DNA from: Glycera tridactyla
Taxonomy: Eukaryota
NCBI GenBank assembly: GCA_965644265.1
Contig: OZ286459.1
Location: 82,088,001-82,152,000, forward strand
DNA: 64,000 bases
Direction of reading: 5' to 3'
Shown: positions 26,131 to 38,900 of the stretch, in pieces
How the letters are laid out: every line of letters begins with the position of its first letter
How positions within the stretch are numbered: position 1 is the first letter of the stretch
Notes under the pieces: model-generated
Database searches by the model: none
What the model was told of the DNA's origin: nothing
What the model saw: only the letters and a program-made list of their open reading frames with translations
Program-made: the position numbers and the translations under genes

Positions 26131-29100
26131 ATGCTCAAGGTCAACCCAGTCTGCGTCATCTAGATGAATTAGGCTGGCGATATCTGACCATTGCAGTCAA
26201 CTAAGATGAGACACTCTGACTCACCCAGCTTGAGAGGGACACGATAGACGCCAGGACATTCCTGATCGACTGAATGCCATCAACACATTCGCAATATGAT
26301 TTCCCAAAAGGCGTCTCTAAACAGCTTAATCTGTAGGCATCAGCGTCCGCAGCGAAAGGCACCCCATGCTTCGATGTGGATATCCATATCTGCATATGAG
26401 AATACCCTGCCACGTTGTCGGTGCCGAATAATAAATACTGAAAAAAATACGACATTCTGGATCAGCCTTTCACACCTCACCAGAGCAGCATAAACAGCGA
26501 GTGAAGACAGCTATGAGAATATGCAGTGTTGCTGGGTGGGTTAACGGTTAATGAGTCCCCGTGGATCACAATCCTCCCTGAATTTCAATGATAAAGATTT
26601 GGACCTCCTACATTTGTAACATTGGTCACAGACCAGATCCCGTGTCATACGATTGTTGTGAAGCTTCGCCTGAGAAAGACCTATCTTGCCCCTCGCCCGT
26701 CAGAAAGGTTCACGGCTTCCCGAATAGAAAGATAGAATATTAGGTGTCTCCTCTAGGGCATACGATACTACAGACACCGTCGTGAAATGATCCTGAGATG
26801 GGAACGTCAGTTGCCCGCCTCTAATGTTGATAATATGATAAGAGTGATAATGATAAAATGATCACACATTCAGGACGTCATCAGAAGCAATAAAAATGAT
26901 GATAATAAAAGGATTATGATAATGATAATAATTATGATGATAGAATAATGATGATAACAATAATGATGATTGTGATATATAGCACATTTATATAGCATAT
27001 TTTGTGATAACAATATACAAAAAGATGCAAGATGAAAAACCAGTGCAAGAAAAAAAAGGTATAGGTGGGTGATGTCTGCGCGTTGGTTCCGCCCCGTCGG
27101 GTTGATTTCCAGATCAATAAATACATCCGAACATATGTGATATTTTTCTGCCAGGAATAGCTCGGATAGCTAAAAAATATATGTTGATTTTTGGTTGCTG
27201 AGCGACCGGGCATCACTCCTGATTTCTAGTCGCCATTGCCGTTGCCGTTCATCTAGGTGACTTTTCTTACCACCAATATTTGAATATTCAACGTAGGCAT
27301 ATTTGCAAATGTTGCATCCAAACTCTCAGCCTATCAAGTGAATTGGGGATATATTCATTTCACCATGTAATCATTTGTGTACTATGCGACAATGTGGAGT
27401 CATTGCAGTTCTCAACAAGTCTTACAGTCAGGATGTATTAGGACAAGCGATTTAGTGGGACAACTTTAGGAAGATAGCTATCAGCTTCCTCAAGAGCTCC
27501 ATTAGCATCGTCTATAGCCTATTACAACTACGACAGAATTCATCGAAAAAGTGAATCAGCTAGTGGATACAGGATCATTGAAAGGATGCTATGTGCGGAA
27601 TCGTCTCCTATCTGCAGGCATCATTCACACAGACCCTGAACACAAGCTGATAAGGGACCAGAAATGCTGTCGAGCTCAAGTCGCCGACACTTCAGGCGCG
27701 CCAATATTAAATGACTGATTTACCCATTGATGGCCGTAACGTCGCTCACAGAAATGTCAGGGTAAAGTCTGGAGTAATGGCATGAATGTGTATAAAGATC
27801 GCATTTCGAGATTGAATTGACAATGTATGCATCCTCAATCGAAATATATACATTGAATGACACAGTAGATTCAGGAGACTGTCAAAATGTGTCAGTAATC
27901 TAGGCCTTGGCATAGTTCTCTCATTGTATCATATTGGTACAGATACACGATTTTATAATGGTGTGCTTATTGCTGGGTGGCTTTCATTCCCTCCTTCTGA
28001 TTTAAGAGACTATGTTTTATCCTGGCATATGGGCAACTGCACCCGTGAGATGTTCATAGTCTTATGCGAGAGTCTACACCGTATATAACCCCTTTGTAAC
28101 TCAACCTCAATCGCATCGTTGATTGCACCATATGGACTCAATATATAATAAACGAACATAAACCACTTCATTAGATCACTGATGCAATTTATGAAAGGTA
28201 CCGTATTTTGTAGTATATGCGTATTTCCTAGAAATACCAGAGCATTAAAATGCATATACAGTCTGGACCAGAACACACCATCTTTCCAATATACTCGATG
28301 TTCGATGATCCGAAGAAGCAGTCGTGGTTGGCAGAATGCATTGCCCTCCTACACGTGATTTGGAAACAGCAATATCCCTCTCATTTCAGAAGGAACTTTA
28401 TTGGCCGAAGTATAAACTAAATGAGCTATATGGAAAGTGCCACCGAGCTGCAACATCGCATCATGATTGAGATGGTTCCATTAGTTACTAGCAGATGTGG
28501 TCAGTGTAATGCATTTTCTATTCCACCCATCGGACCTGACCTTTAAATGACTAAGTGGCTATCTTCGTCATTTGACAGTCCATGTTACCCCTGTCGAATA
28601 CAAAAATGCAATACCGGGTTCGCCAAATTATGACGTCATNNNNNNNNNNNNNNNNNNNNNNNNNNNNNNNNNNNNNNNNNNNNNNNNNNNNNNNNNNNNN
28701 NNNNNNNNNNNNNNNNNNNNNNNNNNNNNNNNNNNNNNNNNNNNNNNNNNNNNNNNNNNNNNNNNNNNNNNNNNNNNNNNNNNNNNNNNNNNNNNNNNNN
28801 AAATGATCCCATTGTTTGATACATGTCATTGTACTCACGTCAACCAATCAAGTAAGAATCAACCAATCAACTAATCAAACAACCCACCAGACAACCAACC
28901 GACCTACCAACTGGAGGAAATTCCGGACGAGCCTAACATCATGTACTCTGGAACGATCAGTACTTCAACCTGACTCAAGATAGCGCTGTACCAGCGATGA
29001 TTAAACACGGTAAGCTATGGACATTAAATCGGCATGTAATTAGTTCAGATAATGGATTCGGTACTCGCGGGAATGCAATGTTGACAGTGATGGTCTATCG

Positions 29101-29864
29101 GACTGGATGTGTGTCGTTGAGTGGTAGAGCGGGGCCAGAGAAGAACGGAAAGCATGGCCGGCAAGCGTCCAAGTGTTGACCGAGCCCTCCTCGAAGACCC
29201 GGGCTAAGTGGCACTTGCATGACCATCGTCATCTGAGGAAAGCGACCTAGTCTTGTTTAATCACGTTATGGGGCCAGCGAAAACCTCATCATTCCTACTA
29301 GTCAGGTGATTCACCCAGCACGGGTCTCTAATCAGTTTTTCTCTAGCTGCTTTGGGCTCACTTTGACTTATCGTATTCTTCATTCGGTTGTATGAACTTT
29401 GGGTTTTTCGATCTCCCGATAGTACTCAGAATGCTTTGGGGTGTCTTTTGGTGTCCGTTGAATTTTCACGTCTTTCTGACCAAACTATATTGGGGTAGAA
29501 ATGCCGAAGACATGAACACCAATGCCGGAAAGGACCTCTTATTCTTTGTGTGTGTATAAAAGGACTCACAAATATTCTGTATTTGATATGCTGGTAGGCA
29601 TGTACTTGTGAAGCACGCTTATGGTTGATATTTTGTTCGGACATTTCCCATAAGTGCAAGTAGTTGAAAATGTCCATCACATACACTTTATTTAAACTCG
29701 TAACTCGTCAAAATATTTACAAAACCGCAATCAGCTCACAGGAGCTTTACACAGCGGGAACCATCTATGCCACAATTACGGTAACTAGCCAAAGAAACAA
29801 AGCTGCCTTTTTGATAGCTTTCTCTGCTGTCAGCAATATCCAGTGTGGACTTCATGAATACCAC

Positions 29865-30310
29865 ATGATGTAGTGATGGTATCTTCACACATGGTTCCAA
29901 TGTAGAGGTCCAGCTGCTGCAGCTGGTCTTGGGATGGGTGACAACTAGAAAATGCGATGGCAGGTGACTAGGATGCAGTGGACATATAACTACATCAGGT
30001 CACGGTCTGCATGCCCTACCTGTGACTTAGTATTGAACTATAAACTTGGAAACGAAACAGGCATGTTCTACACATCACCTTGGCTGAGTAGTGGTGAGTG
30101 TGTTTTTTTGGGATGTGATTCCAATGGTCCTATTGAGCAGTGGTGCTATGACCAGCCATATTAATTCCCCTCCTCAGCATATTCATATGAAAGAAAGTAG
30201 AATAGGGAAGCGGGACAAGGTTCAATCACACGTAGAGAGTTGCACCTGAGCAAGAACAGACTCCTAGCCCACACATAGCTCACATCAGTATTGGGAGGAT
30301 CGAAACCTTT
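29865..30310 (+). repeat. Dispersed repeat family X, copy 3
   Basis: GCTGCAGCTGGTC...CAATGGTCCTATTGAGCAGTGGTGCTAT...CCCCTCCTCAGCAT. Confidence 0.75.
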
Positions 30311-31388
30311 CTGACCTCAAAAGTGCTACCAGGATGAAATAAAGCCTGTCAGTCAAACGACTAAACAAACATATTTGAGGCTCGTGCACAAGAGAGGAGA
30401 GGAGTACAGATACATGCTAGCCTGTCAGTGAGGGATACCCATTGAAGAATCGATGTGTCTTTCTTTGCAGCAAGTCTGGTGCCTTGGCACACAAAACAAG
30501 AACATAAAAACACAAATGGCGAACAACTGCGACAAGGTCAGAAGATATTTAACACAGAAGTTCCTGGACGGAGCTGGACAATGAGGATGTGTCGACTGTG
30601 GCTGGCCAAGCATCCTGGTGGATAAGATGCAAGATAACCAACGCTCAGCTCACCTCTATCCAAACAATCCAGCACCAACTATAATCGAATGCATTTTTAT
30701 ACTCATCTCTGCATGATTTGTCTAGATCGAGCAGGACGAGAAACAGTTCGTCCATGAATTTATAATGTGGACATTCGATGTACAATCGAAAAAAAAAATG
30801 GAATACAAATCATCGATTACAATTATTCACAATTGGTCCATGGCTAGTCACTGGGCTAGTCACCAGGGAGGCGGAAGTACTGAGATGCACTTACAAACCG
30901 GCTATACATAGAGTCGGCACATCCGAGGCCTACTGTGTGATGTCACCCAATACACCTAGCAACCAGATACGGAGGGTAAAACAACCCCTTCCGGACCATA
31001 GGGCTAGCATCGAATCTACTCTGTCTAGGGTATTATATTGCAAAATAGATGCAAACATATTCTTATATGTTGTGTTCAGATGGATTTTTTTTGCCTTATT
31101 TGTTACCCCTCCACCAACATGATGCATGAGCATTGTGTCTATTCCCTGGTTTCTTAAGACTTAACAACTTTCTACAAAATATTTCATGGCATCAAAATCA
31201 ACTGCAGGTTGGGGAAAAGGGGTTGGGAGGTGACATCTGGAACACATTATGAATGGACACTGGCCATGGTTCTAATCTACTTCCAAGAAGTTCAACCTGA
31301 TGAGGTTGCCTGATATGAGAAGTACCAGCTACCCCCCCCCCCACCCCTGCTTGTCCTGAATTAGCGAACATGCCTACAATTTTCAATA

Positions 31389-31562
31389 CAGTGAAAACTG
31401 TAATAAGAGACAACCTAACAAGAGAGTACTTTGGACTGGAGTCTGAGTTCACATGGCAGCTTTCATATTTGACAAAATCAAATATACCTCACAAGAGACC
31501 ACCTCTTTTGTGACATCTCTTTTCAGTGACATTTGGGGCAATCACACCTCGCAGTGTCACTG
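31389..31562 (+). mobile_element. Tc1/mariner-pogo-like MITE, copy 1
   Basis: TA|CAGTGAAAACTG start, internal GAGACCACCT repeats and a degenerate ...CAGTGTCACTG end. Homologous to the inverted copy at 31769-31945 (shared CAGCTTTC..ATTTGA...CAAATATA...CAAGAGACCACCT). Confidence 0.7.
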
Positions 31563-31590
31563 TTTTATCATGTGGACTGGAAGCACAATA

Positions 31591-31751
31591 CAGTAAAACC
31601 TGTCTTAAGTGAAAAGTCACAGGACCAAATTTTTCTTCCACTTAAGACAGGATTTTGCTTAGCGCAGGACAATTATAGTGAGAAAAAACATCCGGGCAGA
31701 CCGTGAGGTATGTGCTTAAGACAGGATTTCCCCTGACACAGGTTTACACTC
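31591..31751. mobile_element. Related MITE with CAGTAAAACCTGT termini
   Basis: TA|CAGTAAAACCTGTCTTAAG at the left, two internal CTTAAGACAGG, and ACAGGTTTACACT at the right. Confidence 0.7.
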
Positions 31752-31768
31752 AAGCAGCTTTTACTGCA

Positions 31769-31945
31769 TAGTGAAATTGGAGACGAGAGACTGCCCTGAA
31801 TGTCACCAAAAAAGTGGTCTCTCGAAACAGGTGGTCTCTTGCTAGAGCTATATTTGACTACTTCAAATTGGAAAGCTGACCTGAAAAAGTGGTCTCCCAT
31901 CATAGGTGATCTCTCGTCGGAGGTCTGTCGTCACAGGTTTCACTG
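31769..31945 (-). mobile_element. Tc1/mariner-pogo-like MITE, copy 2 (inverted)
   Basis: Ends ACAGGTTTCACTG|TA, with GTGGTCTC repeats. The reverse complement aligns with 31389-31562. Confidence 0.78.
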
Positions 31946-33125
31946 TATGCTATTCGGTGATGGAGCCCTGTTGTGGAAGAATATTAATATTATCTATAAT
32001 CATTACTAAATTCATAAAACAAAAGTAGTCACCACATGGAGAGTCAGTTGTGGTTTGATCCCTTTGTTACTAAGGTTTCTTTCTGGATTCTATTTGTACC
32101 AATAGTTACCATTTGACTGCCATACAGATCTTCTTTGGGAAAAGTCCAGATGAAGATTTATGAATAAGGAAACAGCATCAGTATGGTACAGAAGCCTTCC
32201 ATGGTTGTGGTCGTGGTAGTGGTCTATGCTGGTGGTGGTGGTGTAACTAGTCCATTTTGGTGGTGGTGGTGGTTCTTGTCATGCCTGATAGTGGTGGATT
32301 GGTGGTTGGTTGGTTGGTTCTGCTTCAACGTTACGTCAGCACCATCTGGGCTATATTGTGACGTCCATTTTTATACAACTGGGGTTGCCATCATTACATC
32401 TTGCCCATGAGACATCCTTGTTAATGCTATTTTCATAATGTTCATGAAAGTGAATGTTTGCTCAAGTATTATATTGTTTGTATAAACCACCTGCCAATGG
32501 GGTATACTGAATGCATTCTCAATAATATTTATATTTTCCTGATAAATGATTACTAACTTACCTACTTACTTACTTACTTACTGGGTACAATGGTAGATTT
32601 ACTATACACGCATCACATGCATACTGTATCAGGGCCTGGAGAAATCTGTGTTGTAAATATTATAATAATGAACATGATAACACATGTTTTCCAAAAATTA
32701 GGCAAAATAATACAACTCTATCATTATCACACAATTCGCTGGGCAGTATCAAGTGCAGTTGATAACAAGGCATCCACCAAAATGGACACCTTTTTATGCA
32801 AAACTCTACTAGAACCAGATTCTGTGATATAGTGCATCAACTTGGTGAGGTTGCAGTAGGTGCTCAGCAGAGTAACTTCTGGGCACTTGGTCCGGTCATT
32901 TTCCCACAAATTTATTGGTAACAGGTAGGGGCAGTCAACCCATTCAACAAAATGTAGCTCCATTATGTATTGGGATAATTGTTTTGGTGGCTGTATGCTC
33001 ATATGATTGAATGACATGTTTGTAATAACCAAAAACAACAACTAGATAGGCCGAGTCTCACATAGGTTCCATGTGCCGCATCACTTTGTTTTACCCTCGA
33101 CCTACTTACAAGCCTGGTTGCCAGG

Positions 33126-33139
33126 CGGAAGTGACGTCA
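33126..33139. promoter_or_regulatory. Candidate ETS-CRE composite motif (CGGAAGTGACGTCA)
   Basis: GGCGGAAGTGACGTCATG: an ETS core GGAA overlapping a full CRE TGACGTCA. A CACGTG directly followed by ATTGG lies about 190 bp away. Function is not demonstrated. Confidence 0.35.
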
Positions 33140-34899
33140 TGCCGACTTTATGTATAGAGCCAGTAGAAGGTTTCCCTCGTTACACAAGAGCTCTGTTATT
33201 TTCCTTCTTAACCACTATTGTCTTGGTTTTGACCGTTTTCAGGTAATTGCGGATGTTATTTTGAGGCATGTAACCACAAGTTAGAAGTCAATTCGAGAAT
33301 ACATACCCATGTTGAATTATCACGTGATTGGTTAGCAGACTTTTCCTGATGGATGTGGCGCGTAATACCAAAGTTTCGAGTCATTAGGGTATCTAGTTTT
33401 TTCATAGCTGATGTCATGAGACATCGATTTTTCGATGATGGGCTCCTCCCTATTCCCACGTTCGATAACTAGGTGATGTGAACCCCTGAGTGGTGAAGCA
33501 AAGTCCAATCGTATCACAGTCATGCCATTGATTTGGCATTGCACAGAACAATTCAGATCAACATTTGATCAGGGACAAAGAAAGCACACTTTCGCATGAT
33601 TTGAGGAGAAAAACAAGCATCAGAGTCTGTGGTGTCCTCACGTTCCTGGCGTTTAGTTGCAATGTTATCAAGTACCATGGTTGATTTTCACTTGATCATC
33701 TTCATGGATTCAGGGTGAATTATCGAAATATCACTCACAGTGATAGCTAATTTATAATGATTCAGACCATTCTCCGGGTATTCCTACTTAACTCACTGTG
33801 ATCGTGTGCTAAGTGCATCATGTACACTTCAGACTGTTTCCACAATGAATTAGAACTGTCTTGTAATGAGAAAAATGCTTCACGGGTTCAATACATGCTT
33901 AGTAATGCTAATTATTTTTTTCATATTGGTATTTAGCTAAAATAGTAGAAGTACTCAATGGATATTCATCTCAATAGATGATTGCGTCCACTGATGAGCT
34001 GCCACTTTACTCATATAGATATTTTTCACCATTGATGGCATATAGTGTGTTGATTTATATCACAACGAACCTCCTTGAGTATTTATAAGAGACAATTCCG
34101 GGAATAACATGGCAAATATATCTGCGGCTTCAACTTGGTACCGCTGACGTGATATCTATCGTTTGCCGACTGATTAAAAATCCCGGGCCCGAAAGTCGGG
34201 AACAAGTGCTATCAATGATCCAGCCAGCACTGGTAATGGGAGTGGTTTGTTTCATCTCTCAGCAGAATACAATAAAGGAAGACTACCAATATAAATAATT
34301 GAAGTAGAGTGCCCATCGGATCAGTGGGAGATTCCAATACCGGCTGAAAGCAGGTGCGGAGTAGAGACCACATCGTGACGGTGGCGGGCCATATGGAAGA
34401 GAAGACATATATCACACAGATGGCATTTATTCTGTGAATTCTTGCGACCAAAGTTCAGTTGATTAGGCCTGGTCAAATATCTATTCTCAGGATGCTAGCG
34501 AGTTCTATCACTAGTAGGCATATCAAAAAGAACATCATGTCTCTGCCTGGTAAACTGTCGTCTTCAATTATCGGAGCTAGCATAATCATCAGGACGAGGC
34601 GTTCTTTTGTTATTCAATAAACAGACAAGTATCAGACTGAAACGTGCATCAAATAGAGGACACAGGAGCGTGGACCATTCTGGAGCATAATCATTGACAC
34701 ACTTACAATTTGCAACAGAGAAAGTTGACATGCAATCAATGGTCTCTTCCGATGAGGGTCTTACAGCAACGGGAGACTTGATTTGATGGCAGTTCAAAAG
34801 CTATCTGGCATGCCATATTGAAATATGTATCTAAACTGGCTTCTAATGATGGGAAACTTTGAATGAAGTGTTTACAGTCCTAGATAGTTCACCCGACAT

Positions 34900-35030
34900 T
34901 GCAATTGCATTCCTTCGAAGGCTTTTAACAGCATGAACCTTTTTCATCTCCCTCAGGAATATACGATCACATTCCAAGAATGTTCGAACTGGCTGGACAA
35001 CCTACACTCATCATATCTGCCTGTCGTCTT
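34900..35030 (+). mobile_element. Possible LINE RT remnant
   Basis: With a frameshift it reads AIAFL/KAFNSMN...NWLDNLH, resembling FLDxxKAFDSVN...WIxxLY. No other RT motif was confirmed. Confidence 0.3.
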
Positions 35031-37929
35031 GTAGCCACCAAACCTGGTTGAAGGGGACTTCTATAGTAGTGAATGAGAAGCACAGAAGCTGAAGATCACT
35101 GTAATAGTGTAGGCACGGTATAAAGTTATATTTCGGTCACCACTCTCATTAGGAGTCCCTGTACACCATCGTGAACAACGCCGATCGGTTGTTATTAGGT
35201 GGATATACACAATTCTGGTGCACCTACCCGCTTCTCTAATATAGTTGTAAAACATTCAGGTGGAAACATCCGTCATATAGCTGTAACGAGACCATTATCT
35301 GAAGAGATGAAAAAGATGGTTCGGAGAGACAAATGAGATGCGAAGAGACTATTAAATGTAGCTGGCGAAATTTCAGTAGATGATGCTTGGAGACATATGG
35401 TAAATCATATTGTTGTGTATACCATTAACCCCCAGACCAAGAGCTGCTCAGAATAAAGGGGAGGGATGGCTATGAAAAAAATCAATCCATTCACCGGTGG
35501 CAATACTTTGAAGATTCCGCACCCATTGGTAGTAGCTTCCGATGAGACCCTGAGCCCTCAGCCTTCCCACTAGCTGATGCGATAAGACATGCAATCATCG
35601 CTGCTGATGTGTTTGTACTTATCGGGCTTACAGCTCCCTTGTGAGAGCATGCAGTTTCCCAACCTCCCGATTAATACGCATGCCGTTAAATGTGAATAGA
35701 AAAGGAAATGCCACAGTTCACATTCTGGTTGACTCCCTCGATACAACCAAATCATTATCATTTACCGTAATGGGCACACTCAAGCTCCATTCTCCTCATC
35801 TTTATTGCTGGCCTAGTTTAAGAAACCAATTTCGAACATTCGCCCTGAACTGCGTTGACGGAGAAAGGAAGAATTGCATATGTGGGGTTTAGAATGTGAT
35901 ATTGCTACTGCTTTTGGATATCCTTGTGCAAAAAAAAACTACTGAGAATGATAACATACGATCTAGAATTCTAGTCATTGATGTGACCCTGATCAATCAG
36001 TTCTGGCGGTCCAGGGTGAATGCCGTATGTCACAATGTCAAACCAGCCAGTCCCCATCTCCAGCGTGGCGGATGACATGGTTCGGATTATAACTTGAGTC
36101 TTGACCCAGGGTAACGTTGAAGCTTTATGAATATGTATCAAGTAGTGTAAGTATTGTCAAATATACACTCTATATAATATATTCAAGTTACTTGTATCTT
36201 TTGTTCAATTAGAGGGCATATTAGCTTGAAATCCATTTGAGTATGTATCAGATATAGTAATTTATGTCGGATGTAGACCTTTTGTTTTAGTTATCTGTAT
36301 TTCGTATTCAAGTTGAAGCCATACTTCAACAGAACTCCATAGTAGTAGTAGTAGCAAACTTTATTTTTCTTTGTCCGGGTACTTATACAAAATGTGTAAT
36401 ACAATTGCCCCAAACATAGGAGCGTCTCTAGATGGACGAAACACACATACTCGGTCATTACTAACTCAAACGTATAGAAAATGAGGTGAGAGACGAGGAT
36501 GTATTATGAAGATGAGCATGAGTTGGATGAATCAACATCTATTCTACGTCCAGTCACAAAGAATATCATATTTTACATAATTAAATGTTCATAAGGCCAA
36601 CATGTAATAGTTCACAGGATAATCTTTAAGTCTACTGTGTCGATTCTAGGCATCATTGATTCATTCTACAAAATATATGACTACTAAAAGTGAAAGAAAT
36701 GATGGATGACAAATGATGAATAATCATGATAGATGAGGTGATACTAATGGCTGATCGAAAACATGATAATGGAGATGCAGAAATGGGCGAAATGATATGA
36801 GTGACTGAATGAGAAACAACAAAATATTGGCCTTGGGTTAAAAAAACATGACAGGCTCTTCACGGAAACTGTTTATATCAATTGTATGGTTGTATGGATG
36901 CACCTGTTGAAGTCTAGGTGAGATTTTGTAAGTTTTCTGAGGCTTAGCATGACTTCCATGCTACTGTTATTGTGATTTTCTACAGTCTCTGTTGCTTCTG
37001 TCGAAGCTGATTCTCATGAGATNNNNNNNNNNNNNNNNNNNNNNNNNNNNNNNNNNNNNNNNNNNNNNNNNNNNNNNNNNNNNNNNNNNNNNNNNNNNNN
37101 NNNNNNNNNNNNNNNNNNNNNNNNNNNNNNNNNNNNNNNNNNNNNNNNNNNNNNNNNNNNNNNNNNNNNNNNNNNNNNNNNNNNNNNNNNNNNNNNNNNN
37201 NNNNNNNNNNNNNNNNNNNNNNNNNNNNNNNNNNNNNNNNNNNNNNNNNNNNNNNNNNNNNNNNNNNNNNNNNNNNNNNNNNNNNNNNNNNNNNNNNNNN
37301 NNNNNNNNNNNNNNNNNNNNNNNNNNNNNNNNNNNNNNNNNNNNNNNNNNNNNNNNNNNNNNNNNNNNNNNNNNNNNNNNNNNNNNNNNNNNNNNNNNNN
37401 NNNGCCCAACTCATCACATGTTGAGAAACATTAAAGACGTGTAAATCCCGACCAAGGCTGGGCGAAGTAAAGGCAAGGGACTCATTTCTCCTAGATTTAA
37501 ACCCACCGTAAATATTTGAGTTAGTCCCGTGTGCTGTGATTTTCTTGGAAATCTCAGGCCTCTCTGATTGCAGTTTAGATGTGATAAAAATCATAGTAGC
37601 TGACCCTACTCATTGTGTTTTTCTTCAACTACAAACAGTTCAATCAGGCTATGCCCTCAAGCGCTAGCTTTTGAATGAAGACGTACTGCTCTGTATGTAG
37701 ATCGATATTGTCCAGCGACAATAGCTGACTGCAGCACTGGTCAAACCCGGTTCCTTCTTTTACCAAACTCTGTCAAATCTAAAAGTGGTCGGTACGTTTC
37801 ACACGCTAAATTCGTCAATTTTCGTCTGATTTGACTTTTGATGGCACGAATGGATTGCACAGGTCCTAGTCTTGGGTGATCTGTATGCATCAGAAAGGGA
37901 ACGGCGCCATCATTTCATTGCATTTCTTC

Positions 37930-38100
37930 GGTGAATCCGCCGGCATTATCGGCGATTATTTGTATGTGAAACGGTGGAGGTAAGGCCACCGCACTTGCCG
38001 CGGAACCAGCGTGAGATCGACATATTTGACGTTCTAAGGTGAAATATACAGGTAAATTTCACCAGATCATATTTTCGGTCGCCGGAGATGTATACCCTGT
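37930..38100 (+). repeat. Dispersed repeat family Y, copy 2
   Basis: About 105 bp alignable by eye with 25775-25880. Confidence 0.8.
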
Positions 38101-38781
38101 CTGTCAGCCAGTTCTATTACAATGTGATGCAAATTCGCGATGGGGGAAATACCTGCAACGATCTCCCGTGATTGTGTCTTCACATAGAATGAGGCCGTGT
38201 ACATCGAGAAAAACGTCTAAATGGCACCGTGACACGACCAGTGGTGATTGTATTGTCAAAGTCCGTTCATATCAGAGGAGATGTTTGGATGGGGGTGCAA
38301 TGTGGTTTAGTGGTAGCGTCGTCACCATTGACCCTTTTTGCAACTTGTCGAAGAAGAGAGAAGAGAGCTAGCCAGTGAATTCACGTGATATATAGGTACA
38401 CCAAGATCGTAGACTACTTCTGCCAATTCAGAAACATGCACGAGGTTCACCTCACCAGAGTTGGATGATGGTGCGTTTCATGCTGTATGTGCATATTGAA
38501 TTTGCTCAACTGACCAAGTACGTATCTCAGTGGTTTTTGTAGTAAGAAAAACGTCACAGCAGCCACCTGTTATTAATGAGCCCAGTTGTTCATATGGTCG
38601 TTAGATACTATCATTCTTTGTACCATATGTAGATACATCTTGTAGATACATATATAATTGCTAATTGATTGTGAATGTGAGGGTATAATTGTGAATTTTG
38701 ATAATGTGTGTGTATACCAGAGCCCTAGCCCGGATGATGTGGACCGCCCTATGTGTGCTTGAGCAAATAAACAAATTTGTT

Positions 38782-38900
38782 ATCTGTAATCTGGGATCTG
38801 AAAGGAGGATTTTGGGTAAATTTTGATGCTAAAGTATGTGAGCTTAAACCAGCAACAAAAGTATACCTCCTCAGCATATATACATGTTGACATGCACCAG
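38782..38900 (+). repeat. Dispersed repeat family X, partial copy 4
   Basis: GGGATCTGAAAG...GATGCTA...ATACCTCCTCAGCATATACATG. Confidence 0.5.

Noticed and set aside
29112-29135. A-box-like TTGAGTGGTAGAGCG
   Set aside because: No B box at tRNA spacing.
36980-37594. Long ORFs spanning N runs (also at 3.9, 11.4, 28.6, 41.1, 42.2, 47.4, 51.1, 53.8 and 63.1 kb)
   Set aside because: Artefacts of translating gaps.
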